A stretch of DNA of 64,000 nt from Thecamonas trahens ATCC 50062 (GCF_000142905.1 NW_013657627.1:224204-288203), one strand, 5' to 3'; shown: positions 22,301 to 32,771, counted from the first letter of the stretch. The notes: a model not told the origin generated them from the sequence alone. Program-made: numbers and translations.

Positions 22301-23044
22301 CAGGTCCATGTTCATCGACTCGGCGAGCTTGCCGAGCGTGTCTGCAGCAAAGGCAACTATGAGAATGTCCTTGACAAAAGCCGACCGCTCGGGTGCAACC
22401 ATACTCTTTGTGGCGGGGAGATCTGGGACGCGATCGGTGCCAGTGGCATCGCCCGCAGCCGAGTCATCGGTCGCACCGCTGGCAGCCTTCCGCCACTTAG
22501 CCATTAGCCTGTTGCCTGGTGAGTCGACGCGGTTGCCTACACGGGCCAGACTCGCCATGTCCCGAGTGGCTGCATGCAGCGGGGCAGAGATGACCTCTGT
22601 CCGCCCGGGCATGTCCTCGATGTTTGTATCCGAGAGCGAGCGAGTTATGGCATGTGGCGGGAGACCAGCCAGAGAGCGACCATCACCAGAGTTACCCTCA
22701 GGAGAAGGAGGGACAAGCCTAGGTATGAGCGGTGAGGGCGGCATGTCTACCATCTGTTCCTCCGCCGCCGACAAAGACGATGATGACGATGACGATGACG
22801 ATGACGAGGAAGAAGACGATGACGAGTAAGAACGCCGAGCGCCACCACCACCAACAGCAGCAGCGCCACCACCACCACCACCACCACCACCAGCAGCCAT
22901 CCTCGCACTACTTGGAGATACCGACGACATGAGTGATGCTGTTGTGTTGGCTGTCTTGTCATGGCTCATTTTCATGCCATTGTGGCTTTCTGTCTCTCCG
23001 CAGCTGGACGACAGCGCGTCGTCCGAGTCCCACGACTGCGACAT
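19355..23044 (-). CDS. Class I cyclic-nucleotide phosphodiesterase with response-regulator receiver domain (RegA-like)
   Basis: PDE motifs NPYHNFVHAADVTQ, AHDVNHPGLNN, LYND.SVLENHH, TDMA.H, HAADISNP, EFLAQGDRER. REC motifs VDLIVLDIEV...GVVDYLVKPF at ~21320-21640. Confidence 0.9.
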   Translation of the reverse strand: MSQSWDSDDALSSSCGETESHNGMKMSHDKTANTTASLMSSVSPSSARMAAGGGGGGGGGAAAVGGGGARRSYSSSSSSSSSSSSSSSSSLSAAEEQMVDMPPSPLIPRLVPPSPEGNSGDGRSLAGLPPHAITRSLSDTNIEDMPGRTEVISAPLHAATRDMASLARVGNRVDSPGNRLMAKWRKAASGATDDSAAGDATGTDRVPDLPATKSMVAPERSAFVKDILIVAFAADTLGKLAESMNMDLTPRSRSKATAKATTKASSPLLRSGRRKHRVRGKRAKSAKGAPEPAPNPSRSVSPVLRPMRRSATEIANPSGLGEMDHHNLDIPSFTSSGESSPRSPTSPRTSLELSATGSVESGPSAAPAPHAIAAASSAAHLAPPVQHGAPASTLSSLSSISDDTNATASAAHSPSSSSDSSSSDSSDSTASSDLAPSASDEWGTVQCHIDGGTDIALHNGIPVAPPTSSAISAADILRHFNFSDVYEAPDPEDALIVLDSAHVDLIVLDIEVGGVQVAHSWLRTLVKQKMGHIPRVFAIFPRNSVEIIAAFMADGVVDYLVKPFVPAALAHRVRGLAPPTMLQPSRKSSLPAHLHRMGLARGRAGHQHSAIDAMRKVTLRWKLSLIEAERKKHTHLESHMDDMRTKLALVETPLLSLVSRLQELTRLDLGNPHKADFVRYELQSVISQLASGDLFQPRITTSPTPGGGARGSSGEEFASSSPPTSHQSISVSRSPPPPLPLVSSDDTMTIHRAAAMARGQKRRASLAAPLPRYGRNMSPTSPSTGPSQVPPAPPGRLRRMSSHSEWILDTFTRRPRGKSHALRRSISSVASLDNSSDRDRSKSPCSQAAGLVGHLEDSPLRDAGGSTSSIPPDAPPVAGTLAYEPSSGVEATAWGAFVWVDAITSCVAALVADATKHASLTLSQARHHIDTLSFAATSLSKPDLIVCLVAMFDAAGVMAAFGLSEELVYNFVVAVSHLYKSPNPYHNFVHAADVTQSVYYYITHSGAADLLTPLDSLALLCAAVAHDVNHPGLNNDFLVAVQAPLARLYNDNSVLENHHAALLFRVLSSPACDITSVLSADQTASFRAIAVHAILVTDMASHFEIMGQFQVVVQTRELDPTSESDRKLLAGVILHAADISNPTRPLAIFKDWADMVFAEFLAQGDRERDIGLPVTPIFDRETSMLAPLEVNFIKFVVQPFFSVFVTLFPELSSLLENMLENFAYFEALS

Positions 23045-23076
23045 GGAAAGGGGGGGGGTGAGGGTGGGAGGGGTGG

Positions 23077-23114
<38 letters not shown>

Positions 23115-23264
23115 TATTGGGGGTGGAGTGTGTATGTGTATGTGTGTGGGTGTGGGTGTGGGTGTGGGTGTGGGTGTGGTAGTGGCAGTGGCAGTGGTGG
23201 GCGTTTGCGGAGCGGGAGTGTCGTAGTCTGGTTGTTCTGATCATTGGCTACCAGCTAGCAAAGG

Positions 23265-23482
23265 CCATCATCTACCGCAGTCGTTGGTCATCATCTACCG
23301 CAGTCGATGGTCATCGTCTACCGCAGTCGTTGGTCATCATCTACCGCAGTCGTTGGTCATCATCTACCACAGTCGTTGGTCATCATCTACCGCAGTCCAT
23401 GGTCGATGGTCATCATCTACCACAGTCGTTGGTCATCATCTACCACAGTCGTTCGTCATCATCTGCCGCAGTCGTTGGTCAT
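23265..23482. repeat. Intergenic 23-bp minisatellite (ggtcatcatctaccgcagtcgtt)
   Basis: About 9 head-to-tail copies with minor variation and no unique spacers. Confidence 0.9.
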
Positions 23483-23796
23483 TGGTGCTGACCGAATGTT
23501 TTTTGCTGCACTTTGTTCTGTTGTGTGTAAAGGGCGGGTATCAGCCGGATGTGTTTGGTGTGTGTGTGTGGGGGGGGTGGGGGGTGGTGTAGTAATTTTT
23601 TTTATATGTCTGGTGGTTGACGAAAATGGAACGAACCAAATGGTGCGAAGGGTGAGTCAATTGAGCGGTAAATGGAGTTACGGAACAGCGTGGGTTCGGA
23701 CCACGGCGGGACGAGGAAGGTGGGGGCGGGGGAGGAGAGCACACTTGTCGCCGAATAGGAACAGGTGTAGACGGCTTGTTTGTACCTTGCAAGATG

Positions 23797-25566
23797 CATG
23801 TGTCATATGTGTTCATGGCCTTGGTCTGCTACGGCGCCATTCTCGGCCTCGTCACCATGCAGTCGGCAGCCACGCCGTCGTCGGTCGGCCACTCCTCGCC
23901 GGTCTCCCTCGCGTCAACCGATGGGACTACCCGGGCTGATCTGAGATCAGAGCTGGCGATGGCAAGAGAGGAGGGTGCGCTGGCAAAGCGTCCCATCCGG
24001 ACTCTCCTGAGGAGAACCGCAACAGGTACCAAGATCTCCAATAGGTATGTGATCAGGGTGAACGAGGAGGAGGGAGGGAAGGAGAGGGGGGAGAGGGCAA
24101 GGTCCGGGGGGTACTTACCGAGGGCATGGCTGGTCGGGGACAGGTTCTGTGCGCTGAACGAGCAGAATGAGTGCGATTGGGAGAACTACGCATCGTTCCT
24201 GCTGGCGGTGGTGGTGCCGATGATTGTGCTGGCGTGTCTGATGTGCGTGTGTGGCCCGCTGCTGGCTTGCTTCCGCATGTGCGGGTGCATGGGCGGGCGG
24301 CATCCGCGGCCGGGCCTCTGCTGTGGCAAGGGCAATGTGGACAAGCTGTATTCCAAGTCGACCATTCATGCGGTCAAGGGGCTCGCCCTGGTTGCCGTTG
24401 TGGTCTGCTTCATCTGTCTCGTGTGCGCGTACGTGGGCAACGCTCGGACGAGCGAGGGCGTCAACGGCGTGGTCGACGCACTCATCAAGGCCGGCGACTC
24501 GCTGGTGGCGCAAGTGCGGGCGATTGGGACGTCGCTTGAGGCGCTTCCATACACGCGCGACGTGGCAGCGTCGATTAGCGAGGCAGCTAACTCGGCCAAC
24601 TCGTTTGTCAACGACGTGCGGTCGGCCAAGAAGGACATCAACGCGTACGAGGTCATCCGGGCGGTGGCGGCCAACATCTCGCTCCTTGTCCCGTTCCTCA
24701 TGCTCCTCACCTCGGTCTCACTCGGTATCCTCAACAAGCGCGGCTGCTGCATCCACATTGTATTTGGCACGCTCATCACGCTCTCGCTTTCCTTTGTCTG
24801 GCTCTCAACCGGCATCCATTCACTGCTGGCCATTGTATTTGATGACGCTTGCGACGAGTTTGCCACCTTTATCGATGGCTCGAACCCTGACAACATCCTC
24901 GACACGCTCGTTGGCTGCTCGTCAAGCTCGGGCATCGCGTCGGGCTTCCAGGGCCTCGCCGACGACGCACGCTCTGGGCTCGACCAGTCGGTCTCGGCGT
25001 CGTGCTCGCGGCTCGAGCCGGCGTGCGCCGTCACGGCCTCGCCGCGGCTCAACGGGTGTCCCAGCGTGTGCAACGCGACGACGCTGCCGAGCTACCGCCA
25101 GGCCACCTGGACTCCGTCGCCCAACACAGGCGGACAGCCGCTTACACTTGACGCCTGCCGCACAGAGTGCACCCAGGGATCAGACGAGCAGTCAACCTCG
25201 GTTGCAGCTTTCACCGAGATTGGCGACGTGATCGAGTACAACCGCATCCTCTCCGAGGAGATCATTCCGCTGCTCAACTGCGACTTTCTCACCACCCTCG
25301 TTCGCGACCTCTTTGCCTCGTTCTGCACCAAGCTCACGTCGGGCCTCAAGATGGTCGCCCAATCACAGATCGCCATGGCCACTTTTCTCATGATCGGCAT
25401 CTTCCTCCTCTGGCTCGGCCAGAAGCGCTTCCTTCCTGTCTCGGAATCGGCCGAAGAGGCCGGCCCGCCCAAGAAGGTCGACGAGTACGGCGCCGCCCCC
25501 CCACCAGCGTACCACGATGACGACATGGGTGTGTATCCTGGCGACAAGGAGCTGGACCAGTATTGA
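23797..25566 (+). CDS. Tweety/prominin-like multi-pass membrane protein; probable in-frame intron 24045-24143
   Basis: Signal-like N-terminus and five TM helices. CAYVGNARTSEGV resembles Tweety GFYGNSETNDGV; VWLSTGIHSLLAIVFDDAC resembles SW..G...AV..SDFC. Cys-rich loop, FCTKLTSGL, and C-terminal PPPAY. The intron is GTATGT...TACTTAC...CAG (99 bp). Confidence 0.7.
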   Translation, partial: HVSYVFMALVCYGAILGLVTMQSAATPSSVGHSSPVSLASTDGTTRADLRSELAMAREEGALAKRPIRTLLRRTATGTKISNRYVIRVNEEEGGKERGERARSGGYLPRAWLVGDRFCALNEQNECDWENYASFLLAVVVPMIVLACLMCVCGPLLACFRMCGCMGGRHPRPGLCCGKGNVDKLYSKSTIHAVKGLALVAVVVCFICLVCAYVGNARTSEGVNGVVDALIKAGDSLVAQVRAIGTSLEALPYTRDVAASISEAANSANSFVNDVRSAKKDINAYEVIRAVAANISLLVPFLMLLTSVSLGILNKRGCCIHIVFGTLITLSLSFVWLSTGIHSLLAIVFDDACDEFATFIDGSNPDNILDTLVGCSSSSGIASGFQGLADDARSGLDQSVSASCSRLEPACAVTASPRLNGCPSVCNATTLPSYRQATWTPSPNTGGQPLTLDACRTECTQGSDEQSTSVAAFTEIGDVIEYNRILSEEIIPLLNCDFLTTLVRDLFASFCTKLTSGLKMVAQSQIAMATFLMIGIFLLWLGQKRFLPVSESAEEAGPPKKVDEYGAAPPPAYHDDDMGVYPGDKELDQY

Positions 25567-25748
25567 TTACATCATAACATTCACTGCACAAACAAAGCTC
25601 ATCTGGCAGAGATGCCCGCGGCCGAGCAAGGAGCCGGAGCCGAGCCAACTATGACCGACCGAGGCCGGTAACCGAATCACACTTGTCGTGCATGCCCAAA
25701 GGACCGTCTACTCCTCGCACCCGTCCCAACGCATACCTGCTGAACCGC

Positions 25749-27653
25749 ATGCGTGTAGTCGGTATGTGTGTCCCCCGCCCGTCTTTGTCATCCCCCCCCC
25801 CCCCCCTCTGTTCCCCCCAAGTGCGACCTCCTCTGGCGCAGGTACTCACGCAGTGGAACAATGGATGGTGGGCATGGGTGATCTGCGGCCGATGTACGAC
25901 CTGTGGCTGGTGTGTTATCTGTGGCTGGTGTGCGACCTGTTGCTGGTGTGCGACCTGTGGCTGGTGCGCGGCTGATCCGTGTGCGACCTGTTGCTGGTGT
26001 GCGACCTGTGGCTGGTGCGCGGCTGATCCGTGTGCGACCTGTGGCTGATGTGCGGGTGATCCGTGTGCAACCTGTGGCTGGTGTGCGACCTGTGGCTGGT
26101 GCGCGACCTTTCGCTGGTGTGCGGATGATCCGTGTGCGACCTGTGGCTGATGTGTGGGTGATCTGTGTGCGACCTGTGGCGGGTACGCAGTCACCACCGA
26201 GACCGGCGACATCGCCACCATCGAGGTGAGCGCCTCAGAGACCATCGAGTCGCTCAAGGCCCTCGCCGCTATCCAGCTTTCCATCCCACTGCTCGAGCTA
26301 ACATGCATGTTCAACGGCCGTCCGTTGTCGGATTCCTCCACCCTCGCTGATGCCGGCATTGCTGACAACGATGTTGTTCTGATGCAGCGGTCGCCTGCGT
26401 CGTCGGCCACACCGGCTCCACCCGCTGCCGCTGGTCAGATGTTCTCTGCTGACCAGATGGCCAACATGCTGGCATCGTTTGGCGGCGGCGGCGCCCCACC
26501 GCCTGCTCCCGCTCCCGCCGCTCCCGCCGCCGTCGCGGGCCCGGGCGCCTCCCCGGCGACAAGCGACCCAGCCGCCGCCCGCCGCGATCAAATGGCTGCT
26601 GCCATGCGCTCATTCTTCCAGAACAACCCGTCAGCGCCGCCGCCGTCGAGCGGCTCGGCCATGGCGCTCGGCGCCACCACAGCGCCTCCACCGCTCCCAG
26701 ACGACGGCCAAGTCCGCATCCAGGTCGAGGGCCAGTACTACACTGCCACCGAGTTTATCGAGTATGTCAAGGCCTCGCCGGACTTTCTCATGCGTCTTTC
26801 GTCGTCCAACCCGCAGCTCGCCCAGCTTGTCCTCGAGAACCAAGTCGACGAGGTAGAGCGCTTTATCCGCTCCTCGCAGGCCGCCGCTAAGAAAATCCGC
26901 GACCTCGAGGCCCGCATTGCCGCCAATCCGTTTGATGTCGAGGCCCAGCGCGAGCTTGAAGAGCAGATCCGCCAGCGCAATGTCGAAAACAACCTTGCTC
27001 AGGCCATGGAGCACAATCCAGAGGCCTTTGGCTCCGTCTACCTCCTCCGCATCAACTGCGAGGTCAACGGCGTACCGGTCCAGGCACTTGTCGATTCGGG
27101 TGCCCAGTCGACCATCATGTCCGAGGCCTGCGCCGAGCGCTGCGGCATCATGCGGCTCATTGACACTCGGTTCGCAGGCACCGCTGTTGGCGTCGGCTCG
27201 GCGCCCATCGCCGGGCGCGTTCACGCCGCGCCCATTACCATTGCCGGCAAGCACCTTACCTCCTCGTTCACCGTCCTCAAGTCGGACGGCGTCGACTTCC
27301 TACTCGGCCTCGACAACCTCCGCCGCCACGAGTGCTGCATCGACCTCCGTGCCGACGTCCTCCGCATCGGCGACGCCGAAGTGCCCTTCCTTTCCGAGGC
27401 CGACATCCACGCTCTCCGCAAGGACGCGCCTAATCCGGCCATCGACTCGGGCCGCGCAGCCATGGACACCACCACCACCACCACCACAACCTCGACCTCG
27501 TCCGCAACTGCCAGCGGGAGCGTCGAGATCTCTGACGATGCCATTGCAAGGGTCATGGCGCTCGGCTTTACTCGCGAGCAGGCCGTCGCGGCCTTGCAAC
27601 AGACCGGCGGCGACGAGGCTTTTGCCGCTAATCTCCTCTTTGCTTCGCAGTAA
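25749..27653 (+). CDS. DDI1: DNA-damage-inducible protein 1 (UBL - retroviral-like aspartyl protease - UBA); exons 25749-25761 and 26191-27653
   Basis: Splicing GTATGT(25762)...CAG(26190) gives MRVVVTTETGDIATIEVS (UBL). Also NPFDVEAQ, AMEHNPEAFGSV, ALVDSGAQSTIMS, and a C-terminal UBA (MALGFTREQAVAAL). Confidence 0.93.
25885..26182. repeat. Intronic minisatellite (gtgcgacctgtggctggt core with gctgatcc insertions)
   Basis: 18-bp and 30-bp unit variants tandemly arrayed inside the inferred DDI1 intron. Confidence 0.85.
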
Positions 27654-27666
27654 GCGGGCCGACCGG

Positions 27667-29261
27667 CTACACACCGGAACCACCGTCCGCCGCCATGTCA
27701 GCATTCTCATCCTCGTCCGAGTAGTACGAGTACGAGTAAAAGTCAAACGACGGGCTGCCGACTACCGCTACCCCGGCCGTGGTCGCAATCCGCGCCGGTG
27801 TCGACGACGCCGCCGCCGCATCGTCGTCGACGTCCGAGTACGACCAGTATGAGTAGTACTCGTACTCGCTGTCATTGCCGCCCGACATCACCGCAGGGCG
27901 ACCCGGAGGCAGCGGCAGCACGCTCTTCTCTGGCGAAGGCGAGAGGGTGATCGAGCCCGTTGTCGAGACGGAAAACACACCAGACGACGAGCTATCACTT
28001 CCATCGTCGTGGTCGTGGTTGACCAGCGCAGGATCCGATGCTGGCGCCGGAGCAGCCTTGGGCCGTGCTGGCAGCGGTGGCAGCGGCGCCGCCCGCTTGG
28101 GCAGTGGCGCCGCCCGCTTAGGCAGTGGCTCGGACTGCGGCGTGGTTGCAGTTGTGATCGGTGGCGTCTCTGACACGGGCGTCTGCACTGGCGCTGGCAC
28201 TGGCGCTGGCACTGGCGCTGGCGCGAGCTCCGGCGCTGGCGCGGGTCTCGGGTCTGGCTTGGGTGCCGGGCGTTGTGGGAGTGGCTTGGGCGCTGGACGG
28301 TGCGGCAACGGCCTGGGTTGTACGGCCTTGGGCTGCGGAGCGGCTGCGACTGGCCGCGGCGGGAGCACCGGTCGCTCGGGCGACGCCGGCTCGGGCGATG
28401 CCGGCTCGGGCGATGCCGGCTCGGGTGGGGCGGCCGCGGGCGACGTCGGCTCGGGTGGGGCGGGCTCGGGCAACGGGAAGGTGGGTGGCGCCGGCTTGGG
28501 TGGTGCAGGAAGCGGCTTGTCCGGAATGCTGACATGAGCAGCAGTCTTGGCCGCGGGTGAAAGGCCGCGCTTGGAGCGCTTGCGGACCCGGACTCGTGTG
28601 CGGGTGCGAGTGCGCTTGGCCGCGACACTAAGCTCATGCGCCGAGTCGGGAACAGGGAAGAGGTCATCAAAGTGAACGATGAACAGTTCAACGGCCTTGT
28701 TGGCCTGGCCCATGGTAGCCACCGAGGCCAGCGGATCATCGGCATCGCCCAGTCCGCGCAGCAGGTTTGGCGCAAAGACAAGGGCCAGGTTTGCGGCGCC
28801 CATTGAGTTTGCGGCTTCGTGGCTGGCGACCTGGCGAAGAAAGGCGATGAGGGCGCGGAGGATGACCATCCGTCTCGGCGACAGTCGCTCGAGTACAGAA
28901 CCGAGTGCAGCAATGGGCTCATCCGCACGGACACTCGCCACCACATCATCATAGAGACGAGCAGGGATGAGCGGATCCGGTAGCTCTCTGAAGAACATCT
29001 TGAGGAGGGCAGCAGCGGTATGCTCATCAATGTTGGCAATGTCCGCGGTTCCATTCGAGGTATCCAGCTCTGTCTTTGTGGCCTTGATGGCCGAAGCCGA
29101 AGCTGAGAGTCTGAACAGACCCTTTGTCTCCAGCGCCCCATCCCGACTCTGAAGTAGCGCAATGAGCTTGCGTGGTACCCGAGGCAGCCACATCGGGTGC
29201 TCCTCCTCCTCCCACTTTGTGATCGACTCGCTTGTCATGCCCCGACCACTGCCACCAGGAC

Positions 29262-29293
<32 letters not shown>

Positions 29294-29478
29294 AGTCCAT
29301 TGTCACCAGTATCAGCTCTGTCTCCCACTGACTTGCTCTTGCTCCTCTTGCCAGACGTGGTGGTAGCCGGCTGACTCTCTGCGAGGTAGAGCTCATGCAG
29401 AGGTCGGCCGAACACAGACAGCGCACGTGCTGCATCAGCCTTCTTCCGCTTGCGTCGTTTGCGGAATGACTTGATCAT
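27667..29478 (-). CDS. RhoGAP with proline-rich and acidic/Tyr-rich C-terminus
   Basis: VFGRPL, GLFRLSA (arginine finger), AALLKMFFRELPDPLIP, NSMGAANLALVFAPNLL, and many PxxP motifs. Confidence 0.92.
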
Positions 29479-29728
29479 CGGTGACGGGGTGCCTGCCTAT
29501 GGCTATGGTTACGGCTATGGAGGGGGGCGGGGCGGGGGGGGGGGGGGAGGGGTGGGAGAGAGGTGTTCGCAGGAACGGGGCACGTTGGCCTGACACGTGG
29601 GAGATCGGTGGGTGCGGGGGGTTATTGATGGGGGTATGATTAATGTTGTTGTTGTTGGGGGGTTGTTGATGGGGGTATGATCAATGCTGTTGTTGTTGTT
29701 GTTGTTGGGGGGATCGACGCGGTCAAAG

Positions 29729-31108
29729 CTACGCGAGCGGGACAGACGAATCGGGCGTAGTGCTCGAAGGCGAACCGCGGCGGCGGCGGATAATGACAAG
29801 GGCGACAACGGCGATGATGGCGATACCGGCGATGGCAGCACCGGCAACAGGGGCAACCTTGGCGAGGCTGCCGCTGTCGGAATTGGAGCTCGGACTCCCA
29901 CCCTGCGCCCCGGCGGTAGCGGCGGGCGACGGTGAGGGTGGAGGAGCAGTGGCCACGGGGGGAGGCGGCGGTGGCGGCGGCGATGGCGGCGGCGATGGCG
30001 GCTGCGGTGGTGACGGCGGCGGCGATGGCGGCGGCGGGAGCGGGGCCTCAGCCATGGCTACACCATACTCGATGGTGTTGAAGTCGGACGAGACGTTCTG
30101 CCCTGCGATGAAGAGAACTATCTTGTCACCGTTGATGATGGCGTTGCCGGCGCGAAGCTCGCATGCGGACCAGAGAAAGTCGGACCGGCGATAGATGGGC
30201 GCGGCTGCGGGCGTAAAGGTGGCTGCGGGCGATGCGGCGTGAGCATAGCTGACTGCGGCCTGTGTCGTCTCCTGCGACGAGCAGCCGGCGACTTGGCCGG
30301 CCTTGTACACGTCGTGGAAGAGATACACGAGGCCGTTGATGATGGCCGGCGCCGGGGTGGAAAACCCAATGTAGCCGTCGCCGCGGGTCCAGATGGTTGC
30401 GTCCTGGTTCAGGACAACCTTGTGCCCTGTAAAGTGCGTGCCGTTGGTCGAGGTCGCCAAGGCGATGTCGTACTGGGTGTTCATCGGCGCTGGCGACGGG
30501 AATCCCACGACCGAAGTGAAGAAGACAAGCAGCTCGCCGTTGGACTCGACCACCCCGGGCTCTGCCACCACAAACGAACCAATGCCAGCCGAGTTGCGAG
30601 TGATGACTGGTGAGGCATCCTTGATCCACGGCCCTGCCGGCGACGCGCTCACAGCGTGGCCGATGGACCACGTCGTCACGTCGAGTGCATCCTCTTGAGC
30701 AGTGTAATACATGTGGTACTTGCCATCGCCGGAGAAGTACGCCACGCTGGGCGTCTCCGCAGCAGCCTCGTCATACGAGCCCGTACCACCGACTTCGATC
30801 ACAGGCGCACCGCCGTTCTCGATGGTCCAGCTCGCGCCGTCATCGGTTGACGTCAGATAGTACGGCTCGACAGGCTTGCCAAAGACAGGCGTCTTTGGAT
30901 GGCTCGCCCACATGTGCCACGTCCCATCACTCGTCTTCAGCACACTCGGATCGTTCCAGGCTACATTGGTCGACTGCGTAAAGCCAAACCGCTGCACGTT
31001 GGCCCAACCACTCAGCTCAGCTATTGCTTCCACGCGCTCATGCTGCAGCACGAAAGCAGCTGCAATAACGACGCCAACGGCAAACGCCACCCATGAGGAG
31101 TGAGACAT
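29729..31108 (-). CDS. Type I membrane protein with GH32/43-like five-bladed beta-propeller and Ser-Pro stalk
   Basis: Signal peptide; blade motifs WNDPSVLK, AETPSVAY..GKYHMYYT, IGHAVS.SPAGPW.K, VAEPGVV, IALATS.NG..F; (SPPP)n; TM helix followed by RRRR. Confidence 0.72.
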   Translation of the reverse strand: MSHSSWVAFAVGVVIAAAFVLQHERVEAIAELSGWANVQRFGFTQSTNVAWNDPSVLKTSDGTWHMWASHPKTPVFGKPVEPYYLTSTDDGASWTIENGGAPVIEVGGTGSYDEAAAETPSVAYFSGDGKYHMYYTAQEDALDVTTWSIGHAVSASPAGPWIKDASPVITRNSAGIGSFVVAEPGVVESNGELLVFFTSVVGFPSPAPMNTQYDIALATSTNGTHFTGHKVVLNQDATIWTRGDGYIGFSTPAPAIINGLVYLFHDVYKAGQVAGCSSQETTQAAVSYAHAASPAATFTPAAAPIYRRSDFLWSACELRAGNAIINGDKIVLFIAGQNVSSDFNTIEYGVAMAEAPLPPPPSPPPSPPQPPSPPPSPPPPPPPPVATAPPPSPSPAATAGAQGGSPSSNSDSGSLAKVAPVAGAAIAGIAIIAVVALVIIRRRRGSPSSTTPDSSVPLA

Positions 31109-31986
31109 GATGTATGAAAAGTGCTCGAGAGAAGTGGATGCCGTTGGGTGGCCGTTGTGTGGCCTGTGGAGCAATTGAGCTAGCGAGCGAGGCTGTGCGT
31201 GAATTGTGGTAAAAAGGTAATGAAAGAGTACTCATGCGCGAAGAAAAATATACATCGACTTGCCCTTGCCTGTGCACTCTGCGGGGGGTACAGCGGGGGG
31301 AATGAGTTTGGATATCGGTACTGGTATCGGGGCTCTTGCGTGCGAGGGCTATGTGCTACAGATTGATGGCGGGGAGGATCATCCAATGCACTTGTGGCTA
31401 CTGGCAGACGACCGCATCAGTCTTCCCTGCACCAGCTGGCATGCTGCCGCCAGCCTTGGGCCAACCGTTGTTGGTAGCCGTGCGTGATTGAATGGATCCA
31501 GGAGTGGGCGATATTGTCAGAACGCATGTGCAGCTACGCCATGGCGTTGGTTTGGGTGAGACGGGGGTGGCTGGTTGGCCAGTGTACCAAAGCGCATGGC
31601 TCTCCGCCCGGACTCCCTCTCATCACGCTCATTGCTCACTTGCATCCTCATCCTCGACCGTCACCCAGCTGCCACCATTCCCACTTGATCATGCCGGTGG
31701 TATCGGCCATCAAACCGTGGTTATCTCTTGTCTTGTCTCGTCCTCATGCCCTGATACCTAGCCATGGCCTGATGGCGGACACGACTCACCCGCCGCTCTG
31801 CCTGCACACCATCAACACCATCCATGGCCACCTCCTTACGCCATCACCCTCCAACCATCACTCCCACCACCATGACATCATCACCACTGATGATCAATGC
31901 TTACCACCACCTGTCGGGCCTTCCACCAACTGCGGACAGACGATCATGTCAGAGAAGCCACTCATTGACAGTGGCGAACAACGAAC

Positions 31987-32060
<74 letters not shown>

Positions 32061-32062
32061 AT

Positions 32063-32111
<49 letters not shown>
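31987..32111. repeat. (GAT)n trinucleotide microsatellite
   Basis: About 40 GAT units with one interruption. Confidence 0.95.
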
Positions 32112-32112
<1 letters not shown>

Positions 32113-32771
32113 ATGGGCTCAAATACGGTCACAATCATGATCGATCACACCAAGGCTGGGCAGACGCACGCCCACTCCTCGCCCGCTCGAGTCAAGCAAG
32201 GGTTGACCACACGCCACACGCCCGAGGTATGTTCTCCCCCCTTCCCCCTTCTGCGACTATTCAGTGTAGCTGTCTCCATAGCTACCCCCTCCCGCCCTCT
32301 TCCCCATGGCCAGCCACATGCGGCATGGCGGCGACCGCGACATGGTGGTGGCAACAGCGGCGAATTTTGGTTCTTTCGGGAGGCGACATGCCCACCATGT
32401 CGCACACCTGCCACATGCTCCACCGCACGGGCTACATGAAATACAGGTGTACAAAGTAGATAGGGAGGCGGGGTTAGGAATCGTTGTTACCCATACAAAA
32501 ATGCATGCACTTACTCTGCTCACTCCCCTCGTTATCCCGGTCTGTGTCCCCCCCCCCCCCCCCCCCCTCGCCCCTCCCGCCACCCCCCGCCGCCCCGCCT
32601 GACGCTCTCTCACCCAACCCGCCCGCCCACCCGCCCGCCCACCCACCTGCCTGTCTTCCTGCCTGCCGCACCTCCTTTCCCGCGCATGTCCGCGTGTAAC
32701 ACCTGTACATCTTCTTGTGACACTGCGACGTTTGACAATTCGATGCCGTCCATCGATGCCGACATGCTCAG

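Noticed and set aside
23265-23482. 23-bp repeat array as a CRISPR
   Set aside because: Units are head-to-tail with no unique spacers, there are no cas genes, and the context is eukaryotic. It is a minisatellite.
25649-26410. Cys-rich metallothionein-like (CATCGW) and HQPQVA ORFs
   Set aside because: They derive from the minisatellite inside the inferred DDI1 intron.
27040-27400. Retroviral aspartyl protease as an LTR retrotransposon
   Set aside because: It is flanked by UBL and UBA domains with no RT, integrase or LTRs, so it is cellular DDI1.
31824-32459. Poly-Met and poly-Asp ORFs
   Set aside because: They are translations of a (GAT)n microsatellite with no supporting coding context.
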